A stretch of 64,000 bases of DNA. Origin: a virus. Its lineage: Duplodnaviria > Caudoviricetes. The position numbers were made by a program, and so were the translations under genes. Shown piece after piece: positions 1-9,476 of this stretch (position 1 is the first letter of the stretch; each line of letters opens with the position of its first letter). The notes under the pieces were generated by a model. The model saw only the letters and a program-made list of their open reading frames with translations, searched no databases and was not told the origin of the DNA. Where the stretch lies: positions 1 through 64,000 of IMG/VR virus record IMGVR_UViG_3300020414_000008, one strand, 5' to 3'.

Positions 1-138
1 AAAGGTAAAGGTGGTGAAAAAACCATGAGAATCAAAAAGTCTGACCCTGCAAGAAGAAAAGCATTTAGGTCAAGACACAACTGTGATAATCCAGGCCCAA
101 GACATAAAGCAAGATATTGGGCGTGTAGAACTTGGTAA
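1..138 (+). CDS. 3' end of a conserved phage hypothetical protein (partial)
   Basis: Frame 1 is open from the window edge: KGKGGEKTMRIKKSDPARRKAFRSRHNCDNPGPRHKARYWACRTW*. The basic RHxC...YWxC tail is typical of large-phage hypotheticals. Confidence 0.7.
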   Translation, partial: KGKGGEKTMRIKKSDPARRKAFRSRHNCDNPGPRHKARYWACRTW

Positions 139-143
139 TTACA

Positions 144-170
144 TTCATTAAATTTATTTTCATATTTATA
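144..170 (+). promoter_or_regulatory. Extended late-promoter-like element TTCATTAAATTTATTTTCATATTTATA
   Basis: Exact 27-nt copy at 9012-9038 and 24/27 copy at 28631-28657; ends in the TATTTATA motif. Confidence 0.65.
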
Positions 171-187
171 TACAAAGTTAATTAGTT

Positions 188-1180
188 ATGAACATTATAC
201 AGACTTATCAGTGTAAGAAGACTGAAAAATTAGACGACCTTACACTACTAACACAATTCTTAAGTGTTATTAAATTAAAAAGATTAAATCCAAACTCTAA
301 AATAATTTTTTATACCGATACGGAAACTAAAAAGTTATATGAAGACTTTGGTATCTTAAATCTTTACGATGAGGTAAATACAGAAGTACTTGATAGTTTC
401 GATAGTAGTAAAGTAAACTATGATATGTTTTGGGCAACACCCAAATTCTGTGTTATGGAAAAACAAGAGGAACCTTTTGTAATCGTAGATACAGATATGG
501 TAGTACATCTTCCATTAGAAGTGGCGTTAAGTGATAAAAACAATGATGTTTTCTTTTTTCATACAGAAACACCAGCACAGTATCCATTTCCAACTTTAAT
601 ATCACAACCTAAAGACTTTGAATGGTCTAATGACGAGTTGATAGCATTCGCAAATTCATTACCATTTAATTGTGCTATATTAGGATTTAATAATATAAAG
701 TTTTGTCACAAGTATGTAAAACGATATTTCGAATTTGTTCTAAATAACGAAGGTAAAGTAATTGATTTACCTGAATTGGATTATCTACATGAATATGGAC
801 CACAGGTAACAGCAGAACAATGGTTATTACCTGCGATGGCATATTTAGAAAACTTCCAACCAATCATGAGTCCGATTGATAGTTACAATATAAGAACTAT
901 TTCATTATCAGATTCAATAGCGAGTCCATTTAGATTTATGCACCAAATGCATAATGAAGCACAACAAATCATACTCGAAGAAATGAATCAAAACGTTTTT
1001 CATCTTTGGGGAGCAAAAACATTCTATGAAAAAGAACGTTTTGAAGAGTGGGATAGAATCAAAAGAAGTTTGATAGAATCTGTTTCATATGAAATAGACC
1101 AACATCATCCTAAAACACATTTTGATGTATTAGAAAAGATAGAGGAATATTGTAGAGAAGTTCCAAAATCAACTAATTAA
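188..1180 (+). CDS. Putative GT-A-fold glycosyltransferase-like protein
   Basis: FYTD near the N-terminus, WATPK...EPFVIVDTD (DxD motif), EQW and late HLWG motifs typical of nucleotide-sugar transferases. Confidence 0.55.
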   Translation: MNIIQTYQCKKTEKLDDLTLLTQFLSVIKLKRLNPNSKIIFYTDTETKKLYEDFGILNLYDEVNTEVLDSFDSSKVNYDMFWATPKFCVMEKQEEPFVIVDTDMVVHLPLEVALSDKNNDVFFFHTETPAQYPFPTLISQPKDFEWSNDELIAFANSLPFNCAILGFNNIKFCHKYVKRYFEFVLNNEGKVIDLPELDYLHEYGPQVTAEQWLLPAMAYLENFQPIMSPIDSYNIRTISLSDSIASPFRFMHQMHNEAQQIILEEMNQNVFHLWGAKTFYEKERFEEWDRIKRSLIESVSYEIDQHHPKTHFDVLEKIEEYCREVPKSTN

Positions 1181-1231
1181 TTTTTTTTTCATATTTATAT
1201 TAACAACAATAATTTTTAAAATAGGTAAATT

Positions 1232-1675
1232 ATGGCATTATGGATTATTTTAGGTGTATTAGTCGCGGGAGCGGGAGTATACTTTTACTTTTACAAAACA
1301 GGTAAAATCAATGATAGGGATGGAGATTACATTCCTGATGAAGTTGAAGACGCAGTTGAAGATGTAAAAGAAACAGCAACCAAAGTTAAGTCTGAGGTTA
1401 AAAGAAGAGCCAAGAGAGTCAAAGAAGAACTTGGTGATGTTGCCGATTCAATCAAAGAAGTTGGTAAACAATCTAAAGACGTTGTTAACGCAGCGAAGGG
1501 AAACAAGAGAAAAGGTAGAAGACCATCTTCAGGTTCAGGTTCAGGAAAAGGACGTGGAAGAAAAACTTCAGGAAAAGGTACCGCTGGAAGAGCATCAGGT
1601 TCAGGTTCAGGTAGAGGTAGAGGAAGAAAATCTTCAGGTTCAGGTTCAGGTAGAGGTAGAGGTTCTAAAAAATAA
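1232..1675 (+). CDS. Membrane-anchored protein with basic Gly/Ser/Arg tail (possible lysis/membrane protein)
   Basis: N-terminal TM helix, amphipathic middle, GSGSGRGRG repeats at the C-terminus. Confidence 0.6.
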   Translation: MALWIILGVLVAGAGVYFYFYKTGKINDRDGDYIPDEVEDAVEDVKETATKVKSEVKRRAKRVKEELGDVADSIKEVGKQSKDVVNAAKGNKRKGRRPSSGSGSGKGRGRKTSGKGTAGRASGSGSGRGRGRKSSGSGSGRGRGSKK

Positions 1676-1702
1676 AACCCCTAACGGGATAGGAGAATCT
1701 GT

Positions 1703-2311
1703 ATGAAAAAGTTTGTAAGTAATATACAAACTCTTGTGATTTTTGTTCTCATCATTTTAGTTTTAATGAAAACTTGTGGTGGTCCTTCAGATGTTACTGA
1801 AGTAGAAAAAATTGTAACGAAAGTTGAAACGAGATACGATACTTTGGAAATAGAAAAGAAAGTCTATGTTCCGAAGTATCAAACTCGTATTGTAACTAAT
1901 ACAGTTACCGATACCGTTGTGTTAAAATCTAAAATAGACACTCTTGAAATCCTAAAAGATTACTACAGTAAGTATGTCTATAAAGATACTTTAAAATTAG
2001 ACTCATTAGGTTATATTACTATCATAGATACAATTACCCAAAATAAAATATTTAGTAGAAACTTTGATTCACAAGTATTGATACCAACAACCACAATTAC
2101 AAACGACATTTATTTAAACAAAGCAAAGTTTTTTGGTGGTGTTAGTATTGGGGGTAATAAATCACAAATAAACTTTTTATCAGGAGACCTTCTTTACAAA
2201 TCTAAATCAGACAATGTTTATGGTTTAGGACTTGGGGTAAACGAAAACCTTCAACCAATCATAACAGGTAGAATGTATTGGAGAATAAGATTCAAGAAGG
2301 ATAAAAAGTAG
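1703..2311 (+). CDS. Membrane protein, possible spanin-like lysis protein
   Basis: N-terminal hydrophobic segment ending in Cys, Thr/Asp-rich stalk, amphipathic beta-strand C-terminus; AGGAG SD at 1691-1695. Confidence 0.5.
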   Translation: MKKFVSNIQTLVIFVLIILVLMKTCGGPSDVTEVEKIVTKVETRYDTLEIEKKVYVPKYQTRIVTNTVTDTVVLKSKIDTLEILKDYYSKYVYKDTLKLDSLGYITIIDTITQNKIFSRNFDSQVLIPTTTITNDIYLNKAKFFGGVSIGGNKSQINFLSGDLLYKSKSDNVYGLGLGVNENLQPIITGRMYWRIRFKKDKK

Positions 2312-2315
2312 ATGT

Positions 2316-3890
2316 ATGACCAAACCTCTAAAACAAATCATAAAAGAAGAGTACATTAAATGTGCTAAAAACCCCGTATACTTTTTCAAAAAGTACTGTT
2401 ATATTCAACATCCATCTCGGGGAAAAATACTTTTCAATTTATACGACTTCCAAGAAGACTTAATGGGAGATTTTAGAGAAAACAGATTCAATGTTATTCT
2501 AAAATCAAGACAGTTAGGTATATCAACACTATCAGCAGGTTATTCACTTTGGTTGATGTTGTTTCATGAAGATAAAAACGTTCTTGTAATTGCAACAAAA
2601 CAAGAAGTAGCGAAAAACCTTGTAACAAAGGTTAGGTTCATGCACCAAAACTTACCATCATGGTTAAGAGGTGGAACGGAAGAAGATAACAAACTATCAC
2701 TAAGACTTAAAAACGGTTCTCAAATAAAAGCAACATCTGCAGCAGGTGACGCAGGTCGTTCTGAAGCATTATCACTATTGGTAATTGATGAAGCCGCGTT
2801 TATTGACAATGTAGAATCAATTTGGACATCATCTCAATCTACATTATCAACGGGTGGTGGTGCAATTGTATTGTCAACTCCAAATGGTGTTGGTAATTGG
2901 TTTCACAAAGTTTGGTTACAAGGAACAAGTGGTGACCAATGGAACCCAATAGAATTACATTGGTCAGTACACCCTGAAAGAAATGAACAATGGAGAAGTG
3001 AACAAACAAAGTTGTTAGGTGAGAAGGGTGCAGCACAAGAATGTGATTGTGACTTTATATCATCAGGTTATACAGTAGTAGAAGGTTCGACATTACAGTG
3101 GTACGAAGAAACTCATGTAAAGGACCCAATTGAAAAAAGAGGTTTTGATGGTAACTATTGGTTATGGGACTATCCAAACTACACAAAAAATTATGTAGTA
3201 GTAGCCGATGTTGCAAGAGGTGACTCTACAGATTATTCTGCGTTTCATGTTTTCGATGTTGAGAACGTAGAACAAGTAGCAGAGTATAAAGGTAAAATAG
3301 AAACCAAACAATATGGTGCATTTTTAACATCAATCGCAAGTGAATGGAATAATGCGATGTTAGTGATTGAAAACGCAAATATTGGTTGGGCAGTAATACA
3401 AGAGGTTATTGATAGAAATTATCAAAACCTATATTACTCATATAGAGAACTTGGATATATTGATGAAGATATTCATCTTAGAAAAGGTTTTGATTTAAAA
3501 AGAAAAGATGACATGGTGCCTGGATTTTCTATGACATCAAGAACAAGACCACTTGTTATATCTAAGTTAGATACATATATGAGAGAAAGAACACCAATAA
3601 TTCGTTCACAAAGGTTAATAGACGAATTATTTGTATTTATATGGAACGGTTCACGTGCAGAAGCACAAAGAGGATACAATGATGACTTGGTAATATCATT
3701 TTCAACAGGTTTATGGGTAAGAGATACCGCATTAAAACTGAGACAACAGGGAATGGATTTAACAAGAACAACATTGACTCATATTAGAAAGAACCAACCA
3801 GGCGTCTATAGTAATCGTAACCTTGGAACTGACCCGTGGAAACAGAAAGATGGACACGGAAATGACCATGATTTAACTTGGTTACTATAA
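2316..3890 (+). CDS. gp17: Terminase large subunit (T4 gp17-like)
   Basis: LKSRQLGIST Walker A, LLVIDEAAF Walker B, STPNG motif, ADVARG...DYS and NDDLV nuclease motifs. Confidence 0.95.
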   Translation: MTKPLKQIIKEEYIKCAKNPVYFFKKYCYIQHPSRGKILFNLYDFQEDLMGDFRENRFNVILKSRQLGISTLSAGYSLWLMLFHEDKNVLVIATKQEVAKNLVTKVRFMHQNLPSWLRGGTEEDNKLSLRLKNGSQIKATSAAGDAGRSEALSLLVIDEAAFIDNVESIWTSSQSTLSTGGGAIVLSTPNGVGNWFHKVWLQGTSGDQWNPIELHWSVHPERNEQWRSEQTKLLGEKGAAQECDCDFISSGYTVVEGSTLQWYEETHVKDPIEKRGFDGNYWLWDYPNYTKNYVVVADVARGDSTDYSAFHVFDVENVEQVAEYKGKIETKQYGAFLTSIASEWNNAMLVIENANIGWAVIQEVIDRNYQNLYYSYRELGYIDEDIHLRKGFDLKRKDDMVPGFSMTSRTRPLVISKLDTYMRERTPIIRSQRLIDELFVFIWNGSRAEAQRGYNDDLVISFSTGLWVRDTALKLRQQGMDLTRTTLTHIRKNQPGVYSNRNLGTDPWKQKDGHGNDHDLTWLL

Positions 3891-3891
3891 A

Positions 3892-3925
3892 TTTGGATAT
3901 AAACTATTTTTTTTGTATATTTATA
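3892..3925 (+). promoter_or_regulatory. Composite host-type promoter (TTTG-N20-TATATTTA) overlapping the TATTTATA motif
   Basis: TTTG at 3892-3895, TATATTTA at 3916-3923, TATTTATA at 3918-3925, upstream of the portal gene. Confidence 0.5.
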
Positions 3926-3963
3926 GTTTGTAGACGTATACAATATAATTAGAAAACATAATT

Positions 3964-5850
3964 ATGGCAGATAAATCATTATTTGGTAGATTAAAGAAAC
4001 TATTCAACACTCAGGTTGTAGTTCGTAGAATCGGTAAGGGTAGAACTCAAACTATTGATACTCAGAGATTACAATCTCAGGGTAACCTTAGAGGGTCCTC
4101 ATACTACGATAGATTTGGTAGGTTACATACCACAAGAAAACATTGGGAAACCTATAACAATCAATTTAACTACCATTCAAATAAATTAGAATTATATACA
4201 GATTATGAAGCGATGGATAAAGATTCAATCATCGCATCTGTATTAGATATTTACTCAGATGAATGTACCCTAAAGAATGACATGGGTGACGTTTTAAGAA
4301 TTAAGAGTAATGACGAAAATATAAAGAAGATATTACAAAACCTTTTCTATGATGTATTAAACATCGAATTTAACCTTTGGTCTTGGATTAGAGGTATGAA
4401 TAAATACGGTGATTACTTTTTACATTTAGATATAGAAGAAGGTGTTGGTATTGTAAATGCTTCACCAATGTCGGCATATGAGATTGAGAGAGAAGAAGGA
4501 TTCAATCCTGAGAATCCATATGAAGTAAGATTTAAGTTAGGTGCAGCGGGAGCCGCACATGGTGTAGCGTCAAGTAGACCTGATGACTATTTTGAATTTT
4601 ATCAAATAGCACATTTTAGACTTATGGCAGATACAAACTTCTTACCATATGGTCGTTCACTATTAGAAGGTGCAAGAAAGACTTGGAAACAATTAACTCT
4701 TATGGAAGACGCAATGATGATTCACAGAATCATGAGAGCACCTGAAAAGAGAATCTTTAAAATTGATGTAGGTAATATTCCACCAAGTGAAGTTGATAAT
4801 CACATGAGAAGTATTATCGACCAAATGAAAAAAGTTCCTTACCTTGACCAAAATACAGGTGATTACAATCTTAAGTTTAATCTTATGAATATGTTAGAAG
4901 ATTATTACTTACCTGTAAGAGGTGGTCAGAGTGGTACTGAGATTGATTCTTTACAAGGAATGGAGTTTGGTGGTATTGATGATATAGAATACCTAAGAAA
5001 CAGAATGATGGCAGCACTTAAAGTTCCAAAAGCATTTATTGGATACGAAGAAGGTGTTGAAGGTAAAGCAACATTAGCACAAGAAGATATTAGATTCGCA
5101 AGAACTGTTGAAAGATTACAGAAGATTATTCTTTCAGAATTAACTAAAATCGCAATTGTTCATTTATATTCACAAGGATATGAAAATGCAGACTTGGTTA
5201 ACTTTGAATTAGAACTTACTAACCCATCTATTATATACGAACAAGAAAAAGCAAATCTTTGGTCTGAAAAAGTATCACTTGTTAGTGACATGAAAGATTT
5301 GAAAATGGTTTCTCAAGAATGGATGTACAAAAATATATTCAATATGTCTGACGATGAGTGGAAGACTGAACAAGCTAAAGTTATTAGAGATATTAAGTTA
5401 GGATTCAGACACGAACAAATAGAATCTGAAGGTAATGACCCTGTTAAATCAGGTGAGTCATTCGGAACACCACATGACCTTGCTATGATACAACAAAATG
5501 GTGAAGGTGAAGGTGAAGGTGGATTCGGTGAAAATAAAGGTGGAGCACCTGAAGGGGGATTTGAAGGAGCAGGTAGACCAAAACATTCAGGAACATATAA
5601 AACTGATGATGACCCATTTGGTAGAGACCCACTTGGAAACAAGTCAAATAGACCGAAAGCAACGAATACATACAGTAAACACAAGATGTCGCCACTTGCG
5701 TATGAAGAACAACAAAGGATGGACGCATCTCTTTCGAAACTAAAGAGAAAAACTAAAAAAGTTATCTTAGAATCTTTGAAAGACGACACTCAAACTAATG
5801 ACGAGGGTGGTATGTTAGATGAGAAGAATTTAATAGATGACACGATTTAG
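3964..5850 (+). CDS. gp20: Portal protein (T4 gp20-like)
   Basis: LMEDAMMIHRIMRAPEKRIFKIDVGN, EDYYLPVRGG and ALKVPK motifs of the gp20 family. Confidence 0.95.
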   Translation: MADKSLFGRLKKLFNTQVVVRRIGKGRTQTIDTQRLQSQGNLRGSSYYDRFGRLHTTRKHWETYNNQFNYHSNKLELYTDYEAMDKDSIIASVLDIYSDECTLKNDMGDVLRIKSNDENIKKILQNLFYDVLNIEFNLWSWIRGMNKYGDYFLHLDIEEGVGIVNASPMSAYEIEREEGFNPENPYEVRFKLGAAGAAHGVASSRPDDYFEFYQIAHFRLMADTNFLPYGRSLLEGARKTWKQLTLMEDAMMIHRIMRAPEKRIFKIDVGNIPPSEVDNHMRSIIDQMKKVPYLDQNTGDYNLKFNLMNMLEDYYLPVRGGQSGTEIDSLQGMEFGGIDDIEYLRNRMMAALKVPKAFIGYEEGVEGKATLAQEDIRFARTVERLQKIILSELTKIAIVHLYSQGYENADLVNFELELTNPSIIYEQEKANLWSEKVSLVSDMKDLKMVSQEWMYKNIFNMSDDEWKTEQAKVIRDIKLGFRHEQIESEGNDPVKSGESFGTPHDLAMIQQNGEGEGEGGFGENKGGAPEGGFEGAGRPKHSGTYKTDDDPFGRDPLGNKSNRPKATNTYSKHKMSPLAYEEQQRMDASLSKLKRKTKKVILESLKDDTQTNDEGGMLDEKNLIDDTI

Positions 5851-5899
5851 ATTATTTTTAGATATTTATATTGTAGTTGTTAGTAATTAAGGTAGAAAA

Positions 5900-6736
5900 A
5901 TGGGAAAATTAAAACATAGTAAATTCAAGAACACAGGGATTCTGTTTGAACTATTAGTCAGACAAATCGCATCTGACACTTTGTCGGATAATACTTGCTA
6001 TGCAACCAAGATTATACAAAACCACTTTAGAAAAGGTTCTCAATTAGCAAGAGAACTTAAGTTATATCAATCACTTACAAAAGAAAACTTTGATTCTGAA
6101 TACAAAGCATCAGAATTCTTAAATATTATATTGAAAGAAAGAGCAAAGTTAAACGAAGGTGTACTTAGAAGAGAAAAGTATAACTTAATTAAGTCTATAA
6201 AAGATTCTTATATTATAGAAGACTTTTTTAAATACAGAGTTAGTAATTATCGTGAGATGGCATCAGCATACAAACTATTTGAAAATGTTGAGTCAACATC
6301 TCCAAAAGAGTATGTAGAATGTAAGAATACTATATTCGAAGCAATAACTACAGACAAGGTTGTTATCAAAGAAGAAAAAGTAAGTGAAGAATATTCTAAA
6401 CAACCAAAAGAGGTTAGATTATTAGCATATAAATTTTTAGTAGATTCATTTAATTCTAAGTATTCAGGTTTAAGTGAATCACAAAAACTTATTTTGAAAA
6501 ACTATATCAATAACATTGATAATTCAGATACATTAAGAAAGTTTGTAGTTTCAGAAGTAGCAAAACTTAGAAGAGAACTAAAGTCAATTAAAATCTCAGA
6601 TAAGGTTACTAAAATAAAACTAAATGAAACTGTAAATTTAATTAGTGAACTTACTAAACATAAAGTAATTAATGAAAATCAAATTCTTGCATTGTTAAGA
6701 TATCATCAATTACTTCAAGAGTTAAGGAGAAAATAA
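5900..6736 (+). CDS. Conserved head-cluster hypothetical protein
   Basis: 278 aa ORF with KHSKFKNTGILFELL N-terminus, between portal and protease; TATTTATA at 5863-5870. Confidence 0.75.
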   Translation: MGKLKHSKFKNTGILFELLVRQIASDTLSDNTCYATKIIQNHFRKGSQLARELKLYQSLTKENFDSEYKASEFLNIILKERAKLNEGVLRREKYNLIKSIKDSYIIEDFFKYRVSNYREMASAYKLFENVESTSPKEYVECKNTIFEAITTDKVVIKEEKVSEEYSKQPKEVRLLAYKFLVDSFNSKYSGLSESQKLILKNYINNIDNSDTLRKFVVSEVAKLRRELKSIKISDKVTKIKLNETVNLISELTKHKVINENQILALLRYHQLLQELRRK

Positions 6737-7284
6737 TGTCTAAATTTTTACTTGAACAACTCGATAAAAGATTCGAAGAATTAGAAGAAAAGAAAACTGT
6801 TCTACTTGGACAAGAAGAAGAGGAAGAAGAGACTAAGGACGAAGCAAACGTTACAGGTAATTTAGACGGTGGAGCAGGTCCACCAAAAACTCCATACGCA
6901 TTCGCAAAATCTGAAGACGATATGGACGATGAACATATTGAAGTATTAGGATATAAAAAAGCAAGTAAATCAAACAAGAACATCAGGAAGATGGAATCTG
7001 TTGAAGATAAGTTAGAAAAAAAATTAGAAAGTTTGATTGAAGCAAGTTACCGTGACTACAAGAGAGATGACTCGATGAAAGCTCATCAAAAAGTAAACAA
7101 CTCAATCAAAGAGATTAACAGATTGATGTGGGAGATTACTAAGATTGTAGGACAAAACACAAAGTTAAAAACAGAGATGGGTGTAACTAACGAAAAGTAT
7201 TGGAAATCTACACAAAAAAGATTTGGAAAGATTTCTGAAAGAATGTTAAAAGTAGCACGTCAGTTAAGAGAATTGAGTTCGTAA
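6736..7284 (+). CDS. Head-cluster hypothetical protein
   Basis: Overlapping stop/start (TAATG), AAGGAG SD, TPYAF motif, coiled-coil C-terminus. Confidence 0.75.
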   Translation: MSKFLLEQLDKRFEELEEKKTVLLGQEEEEEETKDEANVTGNLDGGAGPPKTPYAFAKSEDDMDDEHIEVLGYKKASKSNKNIRKMESVEDKLEKKLESLIEASYRDYKRDDSMKAHQKVNNSIKEINRLMWEITKIVGQNTKLKTEMGVTNEKYWKSTQKRFGKISERMLKVARQLRELSS

Positions 7285-7285
7285 T

Positions 7286-7435
7286 ATGTCTTGTGGATGT
7301 AATGAAAATAAAAAGATGACCTTGAAAGAGGAGTTGGAAGTAAATGATATCCAACAAATCAGAAAACTAATTCGACATGAATTGGCAAGAGTATTCTTTG
7401 ATTTATATCGTAAGAAAAAACAATGGGAAGGTTAA
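7286..7435 (+). CDS. Small hypothetical protein (49 aa, not in ORF track)
   Basis: MSCGCNENKKMTLKEELEVNDIQQIRKLIRHELARVFFDLYRKKKQWEG*; fills the gap exactly and abuts the protease ATG. Confidence 0.65.
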   Translation: MSCGCNENKKMTLKEELEVNDIQQIRKLIRHELARVFFDLYRKKKQWEG

Positions 7436-8068
7436 ATGAAACAACTACTAATTGATACAATGTTATTTGAAGTAACTCCTACTATGTTAAAAGAGTCTAA
7501 GGACAAGTATGGTAGATTTATGGTGAAAGGTGTTTTACAAAGAGCAAACGCTAAAAACCAAAATGGTAGAGTGTATCCAAAGGACATTCTAAAAAGAGAA
7601 GTTAACAAGTACATGGGTAGAGAAGTAAAAGAGAATAGAGCGTACGGTGAACTTGACCATCCTGAATCATCAGTTGTTGAATTAAAAAACACATCACACA
7701 TTGTAAGAGATGTTTATTGGAGAGGTGATGATGTTATGGGTACAGTTGAAATCCTTAACACTCCAGCAGGAAAAATATTACAAGAAATAATCAACGCTAA
7801 GTGTACAGTTGGTATTTCATCAAGAGGAATGGGTTCTGTAAAACAAATCAGTGAAGATGGTACAGTAGCAGTAGAACAAGACTTTGAATTGATTTGTTGG
7901 GACTTTGTATCTAATCCATCAACACATGGAGCATTTATGTCACCAAGGAATGAAAGTGTAATAAATGAAGGGATTAGTAAAAAACAAGATACTTATAGAT
8001 ATAATAAAGCACAAAACATCATGAGAGACATCATCTGTGAAGTTGGTGGGTATTGTGAGTGTTTTTAG
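7436..8068 (+). CDS. gp21: Prohead protease (T4 gp21-like)
   Basis: NQNGRVYP, GELDHP (catalytic His), GISSRGMGS (catalytic Ser), DFVSNPS. Confidence 0.95.
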   Translation: MKQLLIDTMLFEVTPTMLKESKDKYGRFMVKGVLQRANAKNQNGRVYPKDILKREVNKYMGREVKENRAYGELDHPESSVVELKNTSHIVRDVYWRGDDVMGTVEILNTPAGKILQEIINAKCTVGISSRGMGSVKQISEDGTVAVEQDFELICWDFVSNPSTHGAFMSPRNESVINEGISKKQDTYRYNKAQNIMRDIICEVGGYCECF

Positions 8069-8081
8069 ATAGGGATTAATT

Positions 8082-8660
8082 ATGAAATTAAAAGATTTAC
8101 TAAACGAACAAAATCAATCTAAATCTTACCAAAGATTAAATATCGGTGAAGAAGAAAAAGAACAAAAAATGACTTCTGAAGAAAAGAAAGCATTTCTTGA
8201 AGCAGTATCCGCATATAAAAAGTTTGGTGAAACAATTTATCGTAACGGTGACCTTATGGAAACTTACAGTGCGATAAAAGGTATTGTTGAAAACGCAAAC
8301 AAAGTAACACTTGAAGAAACAGGTGATTGGTTTGATAGAGTTACAGTTAATAGACATATGAAATCCATGAACGAATCTTTTAAAGTATTCCAAAAAACTT
8401 TAACAGAGGTTCATACACTACAACAGAGATTGGAGTCCACTTATGATGAAATCGGTGAAGTACTTTCGAAATATTATGAAATTAAAGAAGGAAATGAATT
8501 CGGTGCTGAAAGAGCTAAAGCAATCGCTAAAGGAGAAGATGAGTTCGAAGTAGACGGAAAGAAATATCCTGTAAAATCAGTTGATAAAGATGACAAAGAA
8601 AATGCAAAAGAATTTACAAATGAATCTAAGTCAATGAAACTAAAGGACCTAATAAAATGA
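8082..8660 (+). CDS. Hypothetical protein, probable internal head protein
   Basis: MKLKDLLNE N-terminus and coiled-coil body; in the head cluster. Confidence 0.7.
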   Translation: MKLKDLLNEQNQSKSYQRLNIGEEEKEQKMTSEEKKAFLEAVSAYKKFGETIYRNGDLMETYSAIKGIVENANKVTLEETGDWFDRVTVNRHMKSMNESFKVFQKTLTEVHTLQQRLESTYDEIGEVLSKYYEIKEGNEFGAERAKAIAKGEDEFEVDGKKYPVKSVDKDDKENAKEFTNESKSMKLKDLIK

Positions 8661-8848
8661 TTAAGTTAAAAAATATATTGAAAGAAAGTAAAACTCCCGT
8701 AAGAGAGGGATACTCTACTGAAGAAAAAAGAATCGTGATGATGGCAGTTAGAAAGATTGCTAAATACATGAACAGAGACCTTAAAACTGCATTAGGTTAT
8801 GTAATCGGTGCAGCAGAAGAACTTAAAAGAAGTGGTAAGGTAAAGTAA
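8657..8848 (+). CDS. Small hypothetical protein, probable internal head protein
   Basis: ATGA overlap with the upstream gene; MIKLKNILKE N-terminus. Confidence 0.65.
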   Translation: MIKLKNILKESKTPVREGYSTEEKRIVMMAVRKIAKYMNRDLKTALGYVIGAAEELKRSGKVK

Positions 8849-9006
8849 TGGACAAAGCAGAAATCTTACAGGACATATCAGTAGACCTTTCTATCATGTA
8901 TAAGAAAGCACTTAAGAACATTAACAAGTTAGACCCTAAGACAAAAAAAGAATTCGCAAAAGCATTTGTTGAGTTCAAAGAAAAAGTTGATGATTTATCA
9001 TCATAA
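8848..9006 (+). CDS. Small hypothetical protein (52 aa, not in ORF track)
   Basis: TAATG overlap; MDKAEILQDISVDLSIMYKKALKNINKLDPKTKKEFAKAFVEFKEKVDDLSS*. Confidence 0.6.
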   Translation: MDKAEILQDISVDLSIMYKKALKNINKLDPKTKKEFAKAFVEFKEKVDDLSS

Positions 9007-9078
9007 ACAATTTCATTAAATTTATTTTCATATTTATAGATACCTATCAATATTGATGGGTATTTTAATTTATATTAC

Positions 9079-9321
9079 ATGAGTAGAAAAAAAGTTAGAA
9101 GAGAGGCCATGATTGTACCAGGCCGTTTCAAAGCAGCAAAAGTAGTTAACGGAAACATCGAAGCAGCACTTAGATTTTTCAAAAGACAAGTAAAAGAATC
9201 AAACGTTCTACAAGAGGTTAGAGATAGACAAGAGTTTATCAAACCATCAGCTATAAAAAGAAGACAAAAACAACAGGCAGTCAGAAAAGAATATATTAGA
9301 CGGTTAAGAGAACAAAATTAA
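9079..9321 (+). CDS. rpsU: Phage-encoded ribosomal protein bS21
   Basis: VVNGNIEAALRFFKRQV...LQEVRDRQEFIKPSAIKRR matches the bS21 consensus (V..g.ie.ALrrFKr....E.r.R..y.KPS). Confidence 0.85.
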   Translation: MSRKKVRREAMIVPGRFKAAKVVNGNIEAALRFFKRQVKESNVLQEVRDRQEFIKPSAIKRRQKQQAVRKEYIRRLREQN

Positions 9322-9476
9322 ATGGTAAACACTTTATCGTTTTTGAAAGTTCTACCATATTTATTACCGACTTAAATAACACACCTCAATGTGTGTTCAC
9401 ACTAAATAATAGTAAAATCACTATTAAGATTCCAAATAATCTTACTATCCAAAAATTTAATTAAGGAGAAACAGTA

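Noticed and set aside
1431-1706. Overlapping +1 ORF (VQVQVE-rich) that might be an embedded spanin
   Set aside because: No lipobox or signal peptide; it is the frame-shifted reading of the GSGSGRG repeats.
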